DNA from: Lingula anatina
Lineage: Eukaryota > Animalia > Brachiopoda
Assembly: GCA_051362555.1 (NCBI GenBank)
Contig: CM120640.1
Span: 59,002,788 to 59,066,787 of the forward strand
Direction of reading: 5' to 3'
DNA: 64,000 nucleotides
The stretch's first letter is position 1. Each line of letters opens with the position of its first letter. Both the position numbers and the translations under genes were made by a program. The notes beneath the pieces were generated by a model. It was given only the letters and a program-made list of their open reading frames with translations, did not search any database and had not been told where the DNA came from. Positions 38,801 to 50,325 of this stretch are shown piece by piece.

Positions 38801-40898
38801 TTCTCTCTTTTTTTTATCTTTTCTAGATGGTGATCTTTCCAGCTCACAGATAAGAAATGCCATTCGTCAGAATATCCTGAGATTGTTAGTGAATGCCTTA
38901 GACCAGCCAGCACCTAATATAACTCACTTTCTCCTGGGCTTTGACCTGAGAAAACAAGTGGCTAAATCTAATTTACAGGATCCTGGTAAGAGGAAGGGTA
39001 TGATAATAGCTGTGTCAAATTTTCTGATAGAAGGCAGTAGTTTTACAACCACAGTGATTACCGAGTTCATAACTTCAGGTATTTTTCGTGGTGTGTTCAT
39101 GTTACAGATATGATGCTCTCTAGTGGCAAAATATTAAGTTTTCGTCCAGATATTTGTGCAAAGTATGACATGAATATTTTGACTTAGACATTCATAATTT
39201 GATAGCAGCTATACCTGATGCTTATATTAGGAATTTTTATCATTTTGTAGGTGTCCTTGATTCCCCCAGAACCTGTCTTCACTCAGTCCTGGACTTCTTA
39301 GACAAGGGTGTCGGCAGCCGCCAGGGTCCTGCCTGTGTTCAGGAAGCCCCATACCTGGCAGTGCTTGCCTACCAACTGATCTACTGTCTGTGTGCTAACA
39401 GGGAGACCTCCAGCCCCACCATGAGGTACCTACGCACCAGCAAGGACTTCCTCTACAGACATGTGCAGCATTTACCCTTCAAGGTGGACACTCAGGGTCA
39501 GTGAAGACACCAGTGAGGAACTCACTCCAGTTAACATTTGTATCTTGATGAAATGTAATTGAAAGTATGGTGTCAAGCCAAGAAATCATTATTTTTTAAT
39601 CATAGTATAATTTAAAATAATTAGTTTCACTGAAGAATGATTTTCACATTTAGTGTTGATTTTAGTGTTGATTTTACACTCTGCTGATTTAAGGTTAACT
39701 TACTTTTTTGCTCAATGATATGTTCCTCAAAACGTCATGATTTTTTGCTTAGGTCAATTGGGGGCTGACATGTTAGTGTTAGGACAGTTGTCTTGGTTAC
39801 TGAAATCTGTGGCCTTGGAGCTGAAGATGACCTCTGCAAACAGACAGAGGTCCAACACACAGAGATTGCTGAATCTTTTATTAGATGATACCCCTGCTGT
39901 AACAGGTGTGTGTGTGCATGCAAAAAACATGCATCTATAATTACAGTGAAGATTAAAGTGTTGAAAATTATTGATTTTGATAGATTGGATTCAAGTTGTT
40001 CTCTTCTAGGGGATTGAAGGTTTCCTTCATTTTATTGATATCTCTTTAAAATCTATACCACTTAACATTGGCGAATTATCAGGCAAAAAACTCCTGCACA
40101 TGACCAGTTTTTGCAATGTTTAAGATAAGTAAAAAATCTAAAGTGTAAAATATAAATCTTAGAGTACATACAAATACTACAGCAGAATTATCAAGACATT
40201 CAATTTCCAGGCTTGCGGACAGATGTTGGCTATGATACTGACTACAGTCAATATGAACTGGACAGGAGTGGACTGAACACCACAGAATGGGGCCAGAACC
40301 AGACTTATGTAGGGAGTCAGACTAGAAGAAAAATACTGCAGATATTAGATGTGGTGGATTTCAGTCAGTTCTTCCCAATACCTTTACAATTTGAGTACTT
40401 TGATCCAAGTGTTATCGAACAGGTATATATTGTTTGCTTTTTTCTTTCATTTTATTATTTTTTTATTAATATTACCTTTTTGTCTTAACTTTGACATATT
40501 TTCAGAAGATTCTCTGGTAGAAAATTGTGTAAGTTCATTAAAAATGAGAATAATAAAGATTATTTACAGTTTTATGTACTAAAGAATTTCACATGATTTA
40601 ACTCCTTTGAGTCAAATTGTGGAAAAGATATGTAGATGTAGATATATTTAAACACAGGTAATCAACAGCTGTGAGCAGAAGAATGACCAAGGTTTGATGT
40701 ACTGTAATGTGAAGATGTTACACCAGATCCTGATAGCTGAAGTGAACAACAACCTGCAGGGACCAGCGGCTGCAGGACAGAGACCTTTAGTACTACAGGT
40801 TTGTTATTTTGGATACTATTGTTACATCAGCACATCACATTTTTGTGTACTTGCCTCTGTACAGTTGACAGTCTTTACACCCTTGCTAAGCTTATTAC

Positions 40899-40968
<70 letters not shown>

Positions 40969-43900
40969 AAGTTGATACAAAAAGGGCAGTTGCATTGGAC
41001 TTGTAACAGTTTCATTATTTGTGTTATGCATGCATATGTCCATAAACTTAACATTTAAACCAGTATTTTTGTCTGACTTCAGGAAGTAGAGGCTGTTCTT
41101 GCTCACATAGTTCAGAGGAATGCTGTACGGGAATGTTTGCACTCTAAGCGAAGTGCATTTGAAGCTTGGAGACAGGTGGTAGAGGTGATCCTGACAGCCT
41201 GTCCTGAGGATCTTCTGCAAGGGGAAGCCAGGCAGACAGTGCTTTTTGAGCTGTTACAGGACCTCTTTCTCAAGGTAAGATCCCACAGAAACATGTATGT
41301 ATATTTTTTTTAATGTCATTTTGTTTACAAATTACTTATTTTATTATTTTTTTATTTAATTATTTATTCATTTATATATATTTTTATCTCTAATTAAATT
41401 TAAACTGAATTTTACAATCAAGGTTGCTGTAACTATACAGTGAAAAGTGTGTCAGTTAGTTTTTATGCATAATATACTTCCTTCAAGATTTATTATAAAG
41501 CATAAACCATTTTCAAAACTTACCAAATACATGATTTGTTTCAGATTTCTGATGAAGATGCTTTCCAAGAACTGACAAATCCAGTAGCAGCTGTCATTCT
41601 GACTCTACTGGCCAACCTAAGACACTGTTTTCTTAGTGATCAGAGTGACATGGCTCAGCTTGAGAACCTCTCCCATTATGTCACCATGTTGGATGGGTCT
41701 CAGGCTGCTCCTCCTGTCCCACAAGGTGGCAGCACCTTCACCCAGCAAGGAGGAGCCAGAACCCTGTTTGCTTCATCTCTTCAGGCTGTTTTGAAGGGAC
41801 TCGTAGAACACATACTAAGAACAAGTAAGTTGGTTCAACAGATACCATGTTGATGGAAGTGGTAGTAACTGTGTTCATGCTGAAAAATATCTTTTTTCAC
41901 ATTCATGCCTCAGATTACTATTATTATTATTATTATTATTATTTTGTTATTTATTTATTTTTATTTTGGTATTTGTTATTTAGTTATATTAAAGTTGTTA
42001 TTAGGAATGGATAGAGGTCTTGTTTACGAAATGATAATAGTAAACAGCAAATTGAATTTTTAAAAAGTTAAAAATTTTATAATGGTAATATAATTTTTCT
42101 GATATTGATATTACCTAAAATTTTAATGCATTTTGAATATCTTTTATGTTTCATTTCAGGTTCTGGCTCTCAGCGAGTGCGTTCCAACCTATATGGTGCT
42201 TTGCTGTACTATTTGCAAATAGCACAGAAGCCAAAACCACTGGCAACTCTGGAAACTGGTAAGATATTTTTGCAATTATCTTGTTCTTTGTGTGTGCCTA
42301 ATGTTTAAATACATCTTTTAACTCCATAGCAACATTCATTCAACGGCATTCATAGAAATATATGACTTAATTTAAATCTGTGAGAATCCTGATTCAGTCG
42401 ACTCAGATGTCTTTTCTCTTTGTGAAATGATGCTACACAGGCTAATCATTTTTGTATGATGAGCTATTGATAGTGCTACGCAGCTTATAGTTTTGTCTCA
42501 TACCTATACTTTCAGTGACCAAACAAAAAGGTGTTGGTGGTAGCCTGGCATCTAGAGACAGTGAGTATGAGAAGTTGACCAAAGAGAACCTACATACTAT
42601 TCTCAGCTATGGAGAGAACTTCATGGAAATCATATGTAGAGATGCTTGTGATGGGCATGATGTTGGCAGGGTGGGTGTTGCAAGGATAGTATTAACTTGC
42701 CTTGTTATGTTGTCTGTAGCAGAGAGTAAAATGGTACTGTCTTTAAATGTTATCTGATTGTTTATGGTGGAAAAGAAGATACAAAATTCTTCAGACAAAT
42801 TTTACATTTTGATTTCCAGTGTTAAGGTGATCCTAGATAATTAATATAGCATTGTATATTACCTAATAAGGTGATATATATGATGAAACTTAAGTGATAG
42901 ATTGCTGTAAATTGTATAGTTATAGTAATTGGCAAATTATATCTGTATCTTTGAATTTATCAAGCAGACATGTTTTTATGTATTTCAGATGCTGTCTCTT
43001 GCCTGCATAGATGCAGTGGTGGCAATAGACAGGCAGCAGGCATGGCTGTCCTACATGTCATCAAAAGGTTATGTCCTCCACATAGTAGAGAGCATGGTGG
43101 AGAATGATGAGGTGCTACAGAGCATGCTCAGTCCAAATCCAGAGCCACTTAGAGCATTGTATATTTATGAATCAAAAATGGTTAGTTGGTTTTTTTACTT
43201 TATCAAGATTTGCAAAATATTTTCATTAAGAGTTTGGAAAGATTCTTTGAGAATTCATTTATTGTATAGATGGGAGAGAAAGGATGATAAAGCAAAATTA
43301 GGAATGTAATAGAAATGATGGTGCATCATGCTTCACAGATACGGCGTCCATCAATGCAAATGAGGATTTTTTTTCTCCAAAGAGTAAAAGCATTAAGTGT
43401 TTTCAAAGTGCGGCCTATTTCACATTTATCAATGATTACTAATTTTGGTCAAAAAGTTGTAGAATATTTGTATTTCTGCAGTGGTGAATATTGCCTCAAA
43501 AATAATGGAAATATTTTACTATGTTCAACCCCAGAATATTGAGTTTCCTTTTCTGTGAATACACACTCTTAATATTCCATGGGCATTGATACCCCCAATT
43601 TATTTTTAGGGGTTGCTCACAAGATTAGCTGAATCTGCCACTGGAGCTCAGACTTTGTTACAGTGTGGAATCATGAGCAGGCTGGCAGAGTGCAATTTCT
43701 TTGATCTAAGACCAGAGATGGAAGGGTAAGGGAATGTTGTTATGATACCATACCCTTTTTCTCATTATATTCAACACTGTATATTCAAAATTTAAAAAAT
43801 AAGTAATGCGAGTGTTGTTATCTGTGTTACACATGACATTCATGCTGACACATACCCTTCTTTTCCTTGAAGCTAACAAGTCAAATAATTGAATTAAATA

Positions 43901-44383
43901 ATAGTATTATTAAAATCACTTCTAATATATATTTTTTTTCTTTGAATTCAGTCCTCCCAGATTTCATCAAGAACAGAGCTTTATCCCCAGCATACTGATG
44001 CGATACAGACAACTCTTGCTTCCTGCACTAAAACTTTGCCTGGCAGTCATGACTTCACTGGGGATAGAAAACAAGAAGGCAGCCAACCAAGTGTTGCAGT
44101 TTGTTATTGCCCACGCAGATGTCTTCAACACCATCCTTAGAGACAAGCAGTCTGAGCTGAATCTGGCAGCCCTTGAAGAGCTTTCCTTGACATCTGCAGT
44201 GATCAGTCGGGCAGCTGCAGAAGGTAGCATGTTTATTTTATTATTATTTTTTTTAATTTGATTTAATTTTAAAGTATGTATTTTTAAAATGGAAGTGTTT
44301 AACAATATGATTTGATTGTTCTCATTGAACTGAAAACAAGTAAATTTTGACATATTCATAATAAGATTTATTATAATTATTAT

Positions 44384-44477
<94 letters not shown>

Positions 44478-47147
44478 GGAAATTTTTTTTGGAAGCTTAA
44501 TTGATTTGTTTTACTTTGACTAGGAGACTTGGAGACTGACTTTATCCAAGGGGATACAACCTTTATAGAGTTCAGGGGTCACTTATCCCGCATACAGCGC
44601 CAGCTCATAGCTCTCCTACCAAAGTATTGTCTGACAGAAAGTCTGCAGCGCCAAATACGCAGTCTGGAGCCCCAGGCAATGGAAGATGGACGAGATATGA
44701 AGTCAGAGGTGCAGGTGCATCTGCAGGAGATAGCAGCCAATATTGTGGCATTTTGTAGAGCAATCATCTCAAAGTCAGGTAGGGCTTACTTGGAATCCTG
44801 AGACAATAGTGTGCATTTTGAACTGGCGCAATTGGAAGGCAAAAAGGAATTATATGGTGTCAGTTTTGGGTGCAATTTTACAGAATATTGAGAACAAAGA
44901 ATTATACTTACATATATATAGAAAAGAAAATTCAAACCACTGAAGGAATAGTTTGGACCATTTTTAAATTATAAGTATAATTAAGTTATAGGGAGAACAT
45001 TTATTTTCCAGGGAGTGCACCCCCCTATATCCAAGTTTTGTTTGCTCCAAATTTAATTGAAGCCACTGCCAGGGACACCATGGAAGGTAAGGGTATATAA
45101 TTTTAACAATATCAATACATTATAAGATTTTTTCACCACAAAGAAACACCAAATGGATGGTAAAGGTGGTTGTAATGTTTAGAATCTAGTTTTTCGGCTT
45201 TAGATTTTGTTAATGCAAGGTGTACAATACAACTAGTCTTTTAACTTATTACATAAGACCAAAGCAGAAAATAAAATATAGGAACATTGCCTCTCATTTG
45301 AATACAGGAACCAGTTCTTTCCAAAACTCTAGCAGAAGATTCCACACATTGAATTTTTATATTTACCTATTGATATTTATTTATTTTTTTTTCTTATTTC
45401 CAGATCTACACACCAGTGTGATGAGTACATCACGTCCTCCAAACCTTGGTCTTATAGTGTACCAGTTAAGACAGTGTGCTAACAGTTTTATGTCAGTATG
45501 GGACACGCATAAACAGTACATGAGAAAACTTGCCAATGTACTGGATCTTGGTGCTGAAGAACTGAAAGAGGTAATTATCCATATTTCTTTTCACTCTTTG
45601 TAAAAAAGAGTCTTGTGCAGAAACACCAAGGAGACATTTCAATCTTATCACTTGTCTGTAGTCAAAATGTATTCAATGCATGTTAAAATTTGCATAGGTA
45701 GTTACAATGAGCTAAAGATGGGTTTTATCTGTTTTAGCTGTCTGTTGGAATGTCCAGTGAGAGAATATCTACTCAACAAAGACAGCAGCTGGCTAGGAAG
45801 AAACTAATGCAGCTTCTTAATTACAAAGCACAGGAATTGCAACACTATTCTTGTATCCTTATCACAGGAGAGCATCAATCTTGGCAAAACTTGTCAGCTT
45901 CAGACACACTACTGAGCAATAGGGAGGTTGGGATAGGCAATTTCGATAAAATTTGAGCATCAGTCTTGCGAGATTGGCACAGTGTTTTATGATGATGCAT
46001 TCAATTGGAGTAAAGTTAATACTAATGAAATTAGAATATTTTTGAATATGTGTAAGATGCTAAAATTTGGAATTTTTATATCTTAGAGAAACTCATGATA
46101 TTATTGATATCGATATATATGAACCAAATATCCTTGACTTTGTTGTAAGATACCATAGAGAACTGTTTGTTCATCTTGTGGCGCCATCTAGAATATTATC
46201 TTGTTCACTGTGTTCCTGCTGACCAGGGCCAGACACTATTCCAGCTACATGCTAAAAAACATGCAATGCGAAGATTACAAGGTAAAAGGTGGCCTGGAGA
46301 TGTACACTTTTGAGGTCTTCTGTAGTTTTTGCGGCCTATACTTCTAAAAATTTGATCTCTAAGTAAGATGGTTGCAAAATTTGTGATTATATATCTTTTC
46401 CTACATTAAATCTTGGAAAAAATGAAAGTCTAATAATAAACATTTTTATACAGAAAAATGAAATGTTGATTGAGAAAAAGCAACCCCAGGCATAAGGTTA
46501 TATTCTGAAAGGAAAAGTCAAGTTGATGTATCACTTTTAGAATGTTCTCAATTCTAAACAAATAAAGGCTGTTATAAGAATGTATATAAAAGGGCTACAT
46601 GTCAACAGAAAGAAGAAGCTTGATGTAAATATATATTTACTTTGCATCATTTCCAGAAAGTTCTGTAGCTGGAGAGGACCAAGTTGAGGACTCTTCCCTG
46701 GACACCAGTCGTCACTCCGGTGTGAGTCAGGAGGACCTCCAGCACCTCAGGGCTAACGCTGGGGCCTGTATCAATGAGACCTTGTTTAGGAAACTACAAG
46801 AAATTGAGCAGGTACAGCAGATTTCCTTAAACTTTTATACCCAACTACCAAAAATGTCAAGCAGAGCTAAATTGTTTTAGTTAACTGCTTTTGCCAAATA
46901 TTTCTATATTTGTAGAAGTGCAAGTAAAAAACGTGCTTTTGCATAAAAGAATAAACTTTTTCCAACTAAAGTAATGTAGACTAGACCTGAAAAGTGTTGA
47001 CCAAAGCGTTGACTCTCTCTGTCAAATAAAGATATGGGATGTTTCTTCTTTCAGTGTTATGCCAAGTCAAGAACGAGATATGGATTTATTGAAGCACTGA
47101 TAAGGAGGCTAAAGCGACTACTTAAACTTCATACATCAAGTGAATAG
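27794..47147 (+). CDS. NUP205: Nuclear pore complex protein Nup205, about 39 coding exons
   Basis: Exon translations match recalled vertebrate NUP205 throughout: MANSMALNS/GASVWVPYKEL, HKPNFINLL, EAIILSDLFNLNEYAAVELLMAGE, FPGLTRGLVAVILYYDG, KVKELRNRGDE, SLFKFVRLAGD, VELDEVESRNEEFP, PRTCLHSVL, CRDACDGH, ENCLFILWRHLEYYL, RTRYGFIEALIRR. First exon 27794-27821, last exon 47055-47147. Confidence 0.96.
37095..38661 (+). mobile_element. HINE family 1 copy D (complete), in a NUP205 intron
   Basis: Same termini and architecture as copy A. About 4 tandem units. Confidence 0.85.
40901..40966. repeat. (TA)n microsatellite
   Basis: Directly visible, intronic. Confidence 0.95.
44385..44474. repeat. (TA)n microsatellite joined to a poly(T) run
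   Basis: Directly visible, intronic. Confidence 0.9.
45853..46149 (+). other. U12-type (minor spliceosome) GT-AG intron in NUP205
   Basis: 5' site GTATCCTT, branch point TCCTTGAC at 46131-46138 close to the 3' AG, and no polypyrimidine tract. Splicing restores the frame QHYS-Y-TIENCLFILWRHLEYY. Confidence 0.9.
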
Positions 47148-49158
47148 CACCAACAGAGAGTGAATAATTTATCAGAGAGGAATGTATGGCATCACTTCAG
47201 GCGGGATTGAAAATCATTTTCAACTTATCCAAAGAACAGTATCCAGGGATGGACTTAAAGGCCAACACATAGAACTGATGTATATTTAGCTGAATAATAA
47301 TAAAATTTATCGAGACTAAATAAAACTAAATAGTCTCAATGGAGCCATTTTTGTAGGGAAAACTGCATGACAGAGATGTTATTGTACTTCAAACTTGTGA
47401 AAAATTCTGAAAATGTTAATGAAATTTATGTTTGTATATTTTTCTTATCATGCAGCAATAAATAAGGTGTAAGGACTTGATAATGTTTTTTGTCTACAGA
47501 AAAAGACAATATGTACTTTTTGTCCAAATTACACTCTCTTTTCATTTGCCCTAGTTTTATCAAATGTTTAATAACAGTTTCTCAGCTTATAATCTGTGTT
47601 TAAAAAAGATGTTAAAAAGAGCCTGCCAAGACTTCTTATCTAACATTGCATGGTGAAATGTGGTATTTAAATTATGAGTCGGTGTAATGAGGGATTTTCA
47701 GGTTTTAGCCAAGGAGATGTGAACCACAATGTTTGGTTTCATTTTTACCATGACACACGCACATGGGTTTTGCAGAGGGGGGGTGTCACAAGAAAATTTG
47801 CATTCCTTTGCTCGATAAACTACAAAAAAATACTGCAATATGCTTGGAGTTGCCTCGTTTCTTTTGTTATAATGTTTTGTTGGGGATACTACGAAACTAG
47901 GGGAGGTCACTTGCCCAACTATTGATTTTTTAAAAGTTTTGGAAGCTCGGTTGCCTCGAAGAGTATGAATATATATGTATTTGGGAGAAGCGATCATGGA
48001 GGCGTATTGCTGAATACAAACCAGTCAGTGCGGAAAGTGGGCCACTCGATTAAATTGTACCGAGTAATCCAGGCGATTGGGAAATGTAAAAAAAAAGCAA
48101 TAAAAAGAATACTAATAGAACATACAATAAGTATTGATAATGAAGACTATACTTATAGAAATGAAAACGGAAATTAAAATCTTTAAAGAAATGAAATCCC
48201 CCATGAAGTGACGATAAAAGTGAATCTTATCTCTACATGTACATTGTGTGGTTATACTCTCTAAGTTCAAATTAATCGGCGGGGATTCCCCTCACCACCA
48301 ATATAGAAAACGAAAGAAACGAAATGTCGGGAAATCCCAGTGACATAATCAAAGTTTCCGAGACGTGAAAGCGAAAGTCACAAGATACTGCAAGCCTTCC
48401 GCATTCAGCCGACGCAGATAACACGTCGAAATTGAAAGAGGCAGGATTGTTTTCAGGTGAGTTGATATTAAAAACAACTTTATGTCTTGTAATTTTGGAG
48501 ATTGTTTCATTCAGTTTGGTCTGCTCTATTTGTTTAATGGTTATGAACTTATCGATCATTTTAGTCCGTCCGCTTCTACAAAACCAAATAACGTGTGTCC
48601 AGTTGACGAGGTCTGCAGTTGCACTAAAATTAAGATTTCATAATTTAGCTCAAAATATTTTCAAAAATCACTACATGTGTGACAATTGACCTATGTCTGG
48701 GACGCACTGATAACAATGAGTCCCCGAACTTTTGATACTTTTGATATTTGGATCAATACTCCTTGTTTTGATACGAATTAAGTCAGCGGTTTGGGACGTT
48801 TGAATTCCCTAATTTTACATTGTTTGACCAATTCAAATTTTGCCCTTTATTAGAACCACGAGCAACTCTGAGAGGTATGAATCTCGGGGTGGGGGTTACG
48901 GACCAAGGTCAATTACCAAACAAAAATAAAAGAAGGAAATACATACAATGAACCGTGAACAAATGTATTTGATTATTTTAGGCACCGGCTTTTAGAAACA
49001 TTTATGCTTTATAAGATTTGTACTTTTTCCAGATAAAATCAAAATACTGTCAATTTTAAAAATAATTATTTCAATAGTTAACAAGAGTCGTATGTTCATT
49101 ATTATTATTGTCATTTTTAATTTCAGCTTAAGAAATCAAGTATTTGTCTGGTTCTGTC

Positions 49159-50073
49159 ATGGATCAACTACTTTTTTGGGCCCTCTTCTTGAGCGTGATG
49201 AGCTCATTCGTCTGTCAAGGCTGTGATCCTAGTGAAATGATCAAACGTCACGAAGGTATGAAGCAGTGCATGTACCTCGACAGTCGAAAAATCCCAACCA
49301 TCGGCGTCGGGTTTAACCTGCAGGCGACGGGAGCCCGACAAGCTATAGAATCAGTTGGCGCGAGCTATGACCGTATCGTTAACGGGCAGGCCACACCAGT
49401 GAGAACTGCTTGCGACTGTTCTCGTGTCGTTTGCCTAAACCAAACACAAGTGAATGGTCTGTTCAAAATTTCATTAAAGAGAGCAATGCAAGATGCCACT
49501 GGTGTTATACCCACTTTGCCTAGATTATGTTGCGGGGTGCAAAATGCTTTGGTCGACATGACTTTCAACTTAGGCAAATCCAAGTTGGCCGTTTTCACCG
49601 ACTTCTTGAAATTTCTTAGAATGGAGAACTGGCAGGCGACAGCAGACGATCTACTATTGACCAAATACTGCAACGACCGAGACACCTCGTCTAGATGTAG
49701 GGAACTGGCTGCATACATTCAGAAAGGGTGCCCCTGTTTCGGCAGCTATCCGAAGCAGTGTTCCAGCCAGTCCGCTTGTTGCGGGGCCAATACCAAATGC
49801 TGCCAGTACACTCATCATTTCAGCGGCTACATCACAAAGGATTTGACAGAGATCGGCTGCTGTCCATTTTCAGATGGGGTCTGCTGCCCACCCGCTCCCT
49901 TTTGCTGCCCCAGCAACTACCCAGTGTGTTGTAAAGACAACAAATCGTGTTGTCCAGCAGCGTATCCAGTTTGTGCAGGAGATTTATGCTACAGAGAGAA
50001 TGGGACCGAATGGGTTCCAAACAAGGCCAAAGCAGCTGCAAAGAGTTTCAAATCAGAGGCAAATCATGACTAA
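49159..50073 (+). CDS. Secreted T4-like phage-type lysozyme (GH24) fused to a granulin-like cysteine-rich domain, single coding exon, 304 aa
   Basis: Hydrophobic signal peptide MDQLLFWALFLSVMSSFVCQG. Catalytic E-x8-D-x5-T in HEGMKQCMYLDSRKIPTIGVG (codons at 49252, 49279, 49297). ALVDMTFNLG and FLKFLRMENWQATADDLL resemble the T4 lysozyme C-lobe. C-terminal region with seven CC doublets. Confidence 0.85.
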   Translation: MDQLLFWALFLSVMSSFVCQGCDPSEMIKRHEGMKQCMYLDSRKIPTIGVGFNLQATGARQAIESVGASYDRIVNGQATPVRTACDCSRVVCLNQTQVNGLFKISLKRAMQDATGVIPTLPRLCCGVQNALVDMTFNLGKSKLAVFTDFLKFLRMENWQATADDLLLTKYCNDRDTSSRCRELAAYIQKGCPCFGSYPKQCSSQSACCGANTKCCQYTHHFSGYITKDLTEIGCCPFSDGVCCPPAPFCCPSNYPVCCKDNKSCCPAAYPVCAGDLCYRENGTEWVPNKAKAAAKSFKSEANHD

Positions 50074-50113
50074 CTGAATAGAAATACAAACTTGTTTATA
50101 TATACTTGTCTTA

Positions 50114-50325
50114 GACTGCATTCAGATTCACAAACCTTTCTAGCTGGGTTGGTCCTTCTTCTTAAAGTGTTATCAGTGGAATCAATTCAATTGGCTGACA
50201 CACCTCTTCAAGCAGCTAGGGGGTAAGTAACTATCACCTGCTGATTAAGCCGATTCACTTTTGCAAGAATCTCCTGCAGAGTTGGACCAACCCACCTAGC
50301 ATGGCATTTGAATCTGAATGGGCCC
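50114..50325. mobile_element. PIF/Harbinger-like MITE just downstream of the lysozyme stop codon
   Basis: Inverted termini cattcagattca / tgaatctgaatg, inner inverted pair tgggttggtcc / ggaccaaccca, and TTA on both flanks. Confidence 0.6.

Noticed and set aside
40694-41220. ORFs with IYIYIY runs (and LSLSLS at 52323-52562)
   Set aside because: Translations of (TA)n and (GA)n microsatellites.
47674-48689. Cluster of 70-99 aa ORFs between NUP205 and the lysozyme as possible co-transferred phage genes (holin etc.)
   Set aside because: Short, overlapping on both strands, no recognisable motifs; there is no evidence of a prophage-like block.
49144-49158. ORF-track start at 49144 for the lysozyme
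   Set aside because: That codon is TTG; the first ATG is at 49159 and directly begins the signal peptide.
49365-50077. Overlapping alternate-frame and antisense ORFs within the lysozyme gene
   Set aside because: Shadow ORFs expected in a GC-richer coding region; no independent support.
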